53,247 nucleotides of DNA from Pelomyxa schiedti. Lineage: Eukaryota; Protista; Evosea. Below, piece by piece: positions 49,100 to 53,247 of the stretch; position 1 is the stretch's first letter; every line of letters begins with the position of its first letter. The notes under the pieces were generated by a model. It searched no databases and was not told the origin of the DNA. It saw only the letters and a program-made list of their open reading frames with translations. The translations under genes and the position numbers were made by a program. The stretch is from the NCBI GenBank assembly GCA_020536535.1, contig JAHLWZ010000902.1, positions 1-53,247 of the forward strand, written 5' to 3'.

Positions 49100-51380
49100 G
49101 AACAGTTGAGACATCTTAACTCATAACTCACAAACCACAAATCACATGACATCACATCGGCATACCTTGGCGGGTTCTATTGCCAAACAATCTTGGATCA
49201 ACTTCACCTGGAAAAAATCATCATCACGAAGAAAGAAGTGGTAAAACCCACCAGGCGCACAGGCAGGGCTTCACGACTCTCCCAGTACTGATTTGGAATG
49301 ATCTTAAGATGATCCCCACCACCATTGGAGAACTTAGAAACAAGAAAATTGTGGTCAACGCGCTCAGGGTAGTAAGGTGGTTTCCTTGAGAGAATCTCAC
49401 ACATAAGTACCCCAAAAGAGAAGCTAAAACAAACATCATCAGTGTGAGTGGGGAAAAATAATGAAGCCTCGTACATGTCAGATTTGTAAGAGATATGCTC
49501 GTACAGGACAACTTCAGGGGATAGATAGGGTACTACAGTGAAGTGATGAGAAGGAAGAATGATGGAAGAATGTACTCACAGGTTCCTCGATCTTGTCCAC
49601 TCTGGTAGATCTGTTCTATTGGTCTGCAATCAGGAATGTCAATGGCAAGTCCAAAGTCGGAAAGCTGTGTTGTGTTAAGGTCATTGATCATTCCAAAAGA
49701 AAAAAAGAGGAGCCGTTACTTTGCAATCCAAAGTTTGAGCCAGCAGAAAATTTTCCGGCTTCACATCTCTGGTTAATTTATTTTTTGGGGATAGATTGTT
49801 ATTGAGGGAGGAGAAAGAGAAAGAGAAACTTGGGGTTAGTTTGAGGGAGGTTATTTAGAATTATTAAGGTGACAGTCAAGCCTACGCACGAGTGAATTAC
49901 TCGATCTTCATGTGCCCAGTGCAGACCCAGAGCCTGTGCATGGGGTGGAAATGAGTATGGTGTGGTGAGTTACGTAGAATAATATTGTGAGAGTGCTGGT
50001 GACAGTATACCGCCTTCTCTGCAACGTAGAGAATGTCAGGCAATGCCAAAAATGGCGAGTTCAAATTCAAGGCCTCTATGATGGATCCTGGTGCACCGCT
50101 GTACACCAGAGCATGAATATCGCATTCCAATAGCTCCAACATCAATGCTAAATCGTTGCCTTGCCAAACGGGTCGACAAAGTTGAACGATATTCGGTCCC
50201 CCATTCACCTTCCTGTTGATGATGATGAATGAATTGTCAACTTGGCGGGAGATAGTCAAGGAGCAAGAAAGACAAACTTAAAGATATTCAACTCATATTC
50301 AGCGCTTGCGAGACTCGTGGCTGATGTTTTGGCATCCTTGAAGAGCTTCATCGCTATCTGCGCACCATGACATGTTCCTTTTTTTTGTTGTTTAGTTTTG
50401 TTGAGAGAAATTCCAGATATACTTTCATCAATCAATCACAAAATTCAAGAGAACACAAGCCAACACATCACGATAAAACCAAGGCAAGACATTAATACAC
50501 ACCTTTATGCACAACACCATAACCGCCAGAGGCCAGTTTTGGCCCAATAGTGGTGTCGTCCGCCGTCTTGTATGCACCAACGCTCGCCGCGGCAGTTTCA
50601 CTCGCAACAGAAGAGGAAGAAGGAGGTGTTGTGGTGGTCGCAACTGCTGCTGAAGACGAAACGACTACGATCACCGGTGGCCTCGGCACCAGAGCCACCG
50701 GCGGCAGCGGGAGTGGGTGGAGTTGCTGTTGCTGATTCACAAAGGGCCCTCCTGAATTGTTGTTGTTTGCCGCGGCTGCGGTGGTTGGTTGCGGTTGCTG
50801 AGGCCCCTGGGACGGCGCGCGAGGAGGAGGAGGTGGTGGCGAGTTATGGGACTGCGGCTGTGCCGAGTAGAGTCCAAGGGGTGAGGCATAATACTTGAAC
50901 GAGAATGACGGGAAATCTGTGGCTATTTCCCACAATCGGCCTTTTTTCCAAAGCATCGTCTTGTTGAGGTGATCAATGGCGGCCTCCATGTCGTCCAGCG
51001 TGTAGAATTTAATGTAAATCTTGCGCCTGCCATCCACGCACACGCGGGCTGTCTTGGGGCCGAGATTGACATAAGAAACGGGGTCCACACTGATCTTTAG
51101 TGAGCCAAATAAAACAACAACAACACGAAAATGGCACCAGAAAACCACGAAGAAGAAGAAGTGGTTTTTGAAAGAGACTTACGCAATTATGGGCGGTGTC
51201 ATTTGACGAAGTGCCTCGACGATGGTCCCGTTCACACGAGCAACATCCCCTTTGTTGCATCTTTGTTCCAACGAAGCGATGTAATCTGGCCTATCGAAGT
51301 AATCTGGGTGGGCGATCACTTGGTTTCCTTGCATGACTCTCTGGTGACGCGCGAGATTTTGCTGGTCGCCCCCGGCTTGT
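49100..51380 (-). CDS. Ser/Thr protein kinase with an N-terminal RRM-like domain
   Basis: KIYIKFYTLDDMEAAIDHLNKT (RNP1-like plus helix); P/Q-rich linker; IGPKLASGGYGVVHKG; IAMKLFK; PNIVQL; RDVKPENFLL; LSDFGLA; YLSPEV; KSD...SFGVLMCEILSRKPPY. Both ends uncertain. Confidence 0.8.
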
Positions 51381-53247
51381 TTGGATTTTTAAGAAAAAGA
51401 AAATCTGAGATCTCTTTCATCACCAGACCATATTTTTGGTGTTAATGAAAGCATGATTGAGGAAGGGCATCTGATGTTACTCGGTGACTGTTGATAAATA
51501 TTTTTTGCTTCTTGGAAGTGTTCTCTCTTGTCGTTTGGGTTTTCAGTTCCAAAGACCATCTCCTTGGAATGAATCATCAGATAGACTAGAATGTAGTGGA
51601 TTTGGTTGTTTCTCTGTGAAGAGGGCACTTGTTGTCGTTGTCGCTACAGTTGTTGGGGGTGTTTGTGCTGCACATGGGGAAGAATGGTGACTCGGTAACT
51701 GGGTAATGCCTGCAGTGCTACTATGCCTCCAGTGCCCTGCAGCAGTTCACTCATCCTTCGCCAGCAAGAGGGAGTTGGCGGGTTTGTCTTTGGCCGTTCC
51801 AAGGCAGTGGCGCAGTCCAGGAATCTCCTCCTGCGAATGTGGTTGTTTGTTTGACTAGCTGACTGTGGTCGCTGTGGCTGTGGCTACTGGCTGGCCATAG
51901 TGAATGCATGGCGCCATCCATTCACTCAAGCATCTGTGAGTGTTGCTGTATTAATCGGCATGGTGCTAGTGGCCTGAACTGAATGTTCGTGACCATGGAT
52001 CCCTCAAGATTGAGTGGAATGTGGTTCTGGCTGGTTCAGAACGTCTGAGGTCCCGGGAGGTTACCCTGGGTGCACGAAATTTATGTTTGCATTCTGTTCC
52101 TGCACTTATGGGCCAGCCAAGCAATTTGGTTTGGCGTGTGATTTGAGCAATCCCATGGTCCAACAGATAGGACTAATGCTAGCTGCCCAAGCAAAACACC
52201 AGCTACAGATATAGATCTTTTTATACATCACCTAGGTCGATTGTCGCTATGCCAGGGGTTGATGGCTAAAACCCTCCCAAGCAAATACCTCCTGCAGATA
52301 GAACCAGAATTTGATTTAGATTTCTAATTTGCTTGCAAAAGGAAACAACCTCTTAGCTTAAGCTGTTGGCTGACCAAAAACCCAGCTAGATTTAGCTGGG
52401 GTAGCACTGCTGTCACAGCCATTGCATGCTTTGGGGTTGATCCTGCCCAAGTGATTAGAAAAGTTATCACCACGTGCATATGTCACTCTGAGGTTTTTGT
52501 CCAATTCAGAACAGCACAAAAAAAACCCAACGCTGTTGATGACACCAAAGGATTTGGTTTCGTTGAACCTGATGATAACGGAGTGAGTTACCGAAAGGTT
52601 TGATTTCCCTGCATTGGAAAATTGCGAAGTTAGAGCGGCGAACCGAGGCGCCAAGGCACGTGATGCACCCCTGGGGCACGTCACCTGTCTTCGCAGTCGC
52701 CTTACATCTTGTTTTGTAGTACTACTAAGTACGGGGAAATAAAAAAAAAACCTACGTTTGCCCGTACGTTCGCGTTCCCTTTTTTTTTTCTTTGTGTCGC
52801 AGAACGAATTTTGTCGCGGCTCTGTGTCAAAAGGGGCGGCACCTCTCACACAGAGATCTTGCCTGGACCCTTTGTCGTCTGTACCGCCGTTACCAACACA
52901 CCGTGCCCCTTTGACCTGACTTTGTAAACCCTCAGTTGCGCAAAAATTTGCGAAATTTCGCCACGTGGTGTCTTTATACTTCAATTTCTTCAAAACAAAT
53001 CATAAAATAAAAAAAACCCAGTGGACCAACTCTACCGCAAGCATCTTCGTAGTCATCTTCGTAGTCGTGCATCGCACGGAAGGTATTACAATTCATTTTA
53101 CATCGAGACGCTTTTCTTATACACCCACGTATCGTTTAAGCACTAATTTACCACAAAATCACCTTACTTTACCTCCACGCCTAATATTGATTTGCAGAGA
53201 GGATGGATGGTCTCTGTAGAAATTCCTCTGAGCAGTATAAATTTCCT

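Noticed and set aside
52530-52590. KGFGFVEPDDNG, resembling the cold-shock domain RNP1 motif
   Set aside because: No upstream KWF strand or start codon, and no downstream DVFVH in any splice phase tried. Probably chance.
52358-52993. 211-aa minus-strand ORF
   Set aside because: Contains intron-like poly-T and poly-A tracts, has no recognisable domain, and could not be linked reliably to the kinase gene.

Overview
Compact, intron-rich eukaryotic genomic DNA on the standard genetic code. Introns are mostly 35-90 nt GT-AG with CTAAC/CTGAC-like branch points, and some intergenic gaps are only about 110-340 bp. The gene repertoire and style suggest an amoebozoan or other non-plant protist, possibly Pelomyxa-like; this is inference only. 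About 20 multi-exon genes were reconstructed by hand: a broken VIT/vWA gene, PRKRIP1, a BAH + C5 DNA methyltransferase, an ankyrin-like repeat protein, a bacterial-type beta-helix GPI protein, an NYN/Regnase-like RNase, Rab8, an AhpC/TSA redoxin, DDX1, a divergent HSP70, Exo84, an Ap4A phosphorylase, a TRIM protein, Tousled-like kinase, PIF1, a possible TAF1C and an RRM-kinase. The most striking item is the methyltransferase at 4846-7694. It has the chromomethylase (CMT) architecture of BAH, motif I, inserted chromodomain, then motifs IV-X, which is classically regarded as a green-plant architecture. It sits in DNA that shows vertebrate-like CpG islands at gene 5' ends and CpG-depleted gene bodies. 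Exon boundaries are manual and approximate unless stated. No rRNA, tRNA or CRISPR array was recognised.
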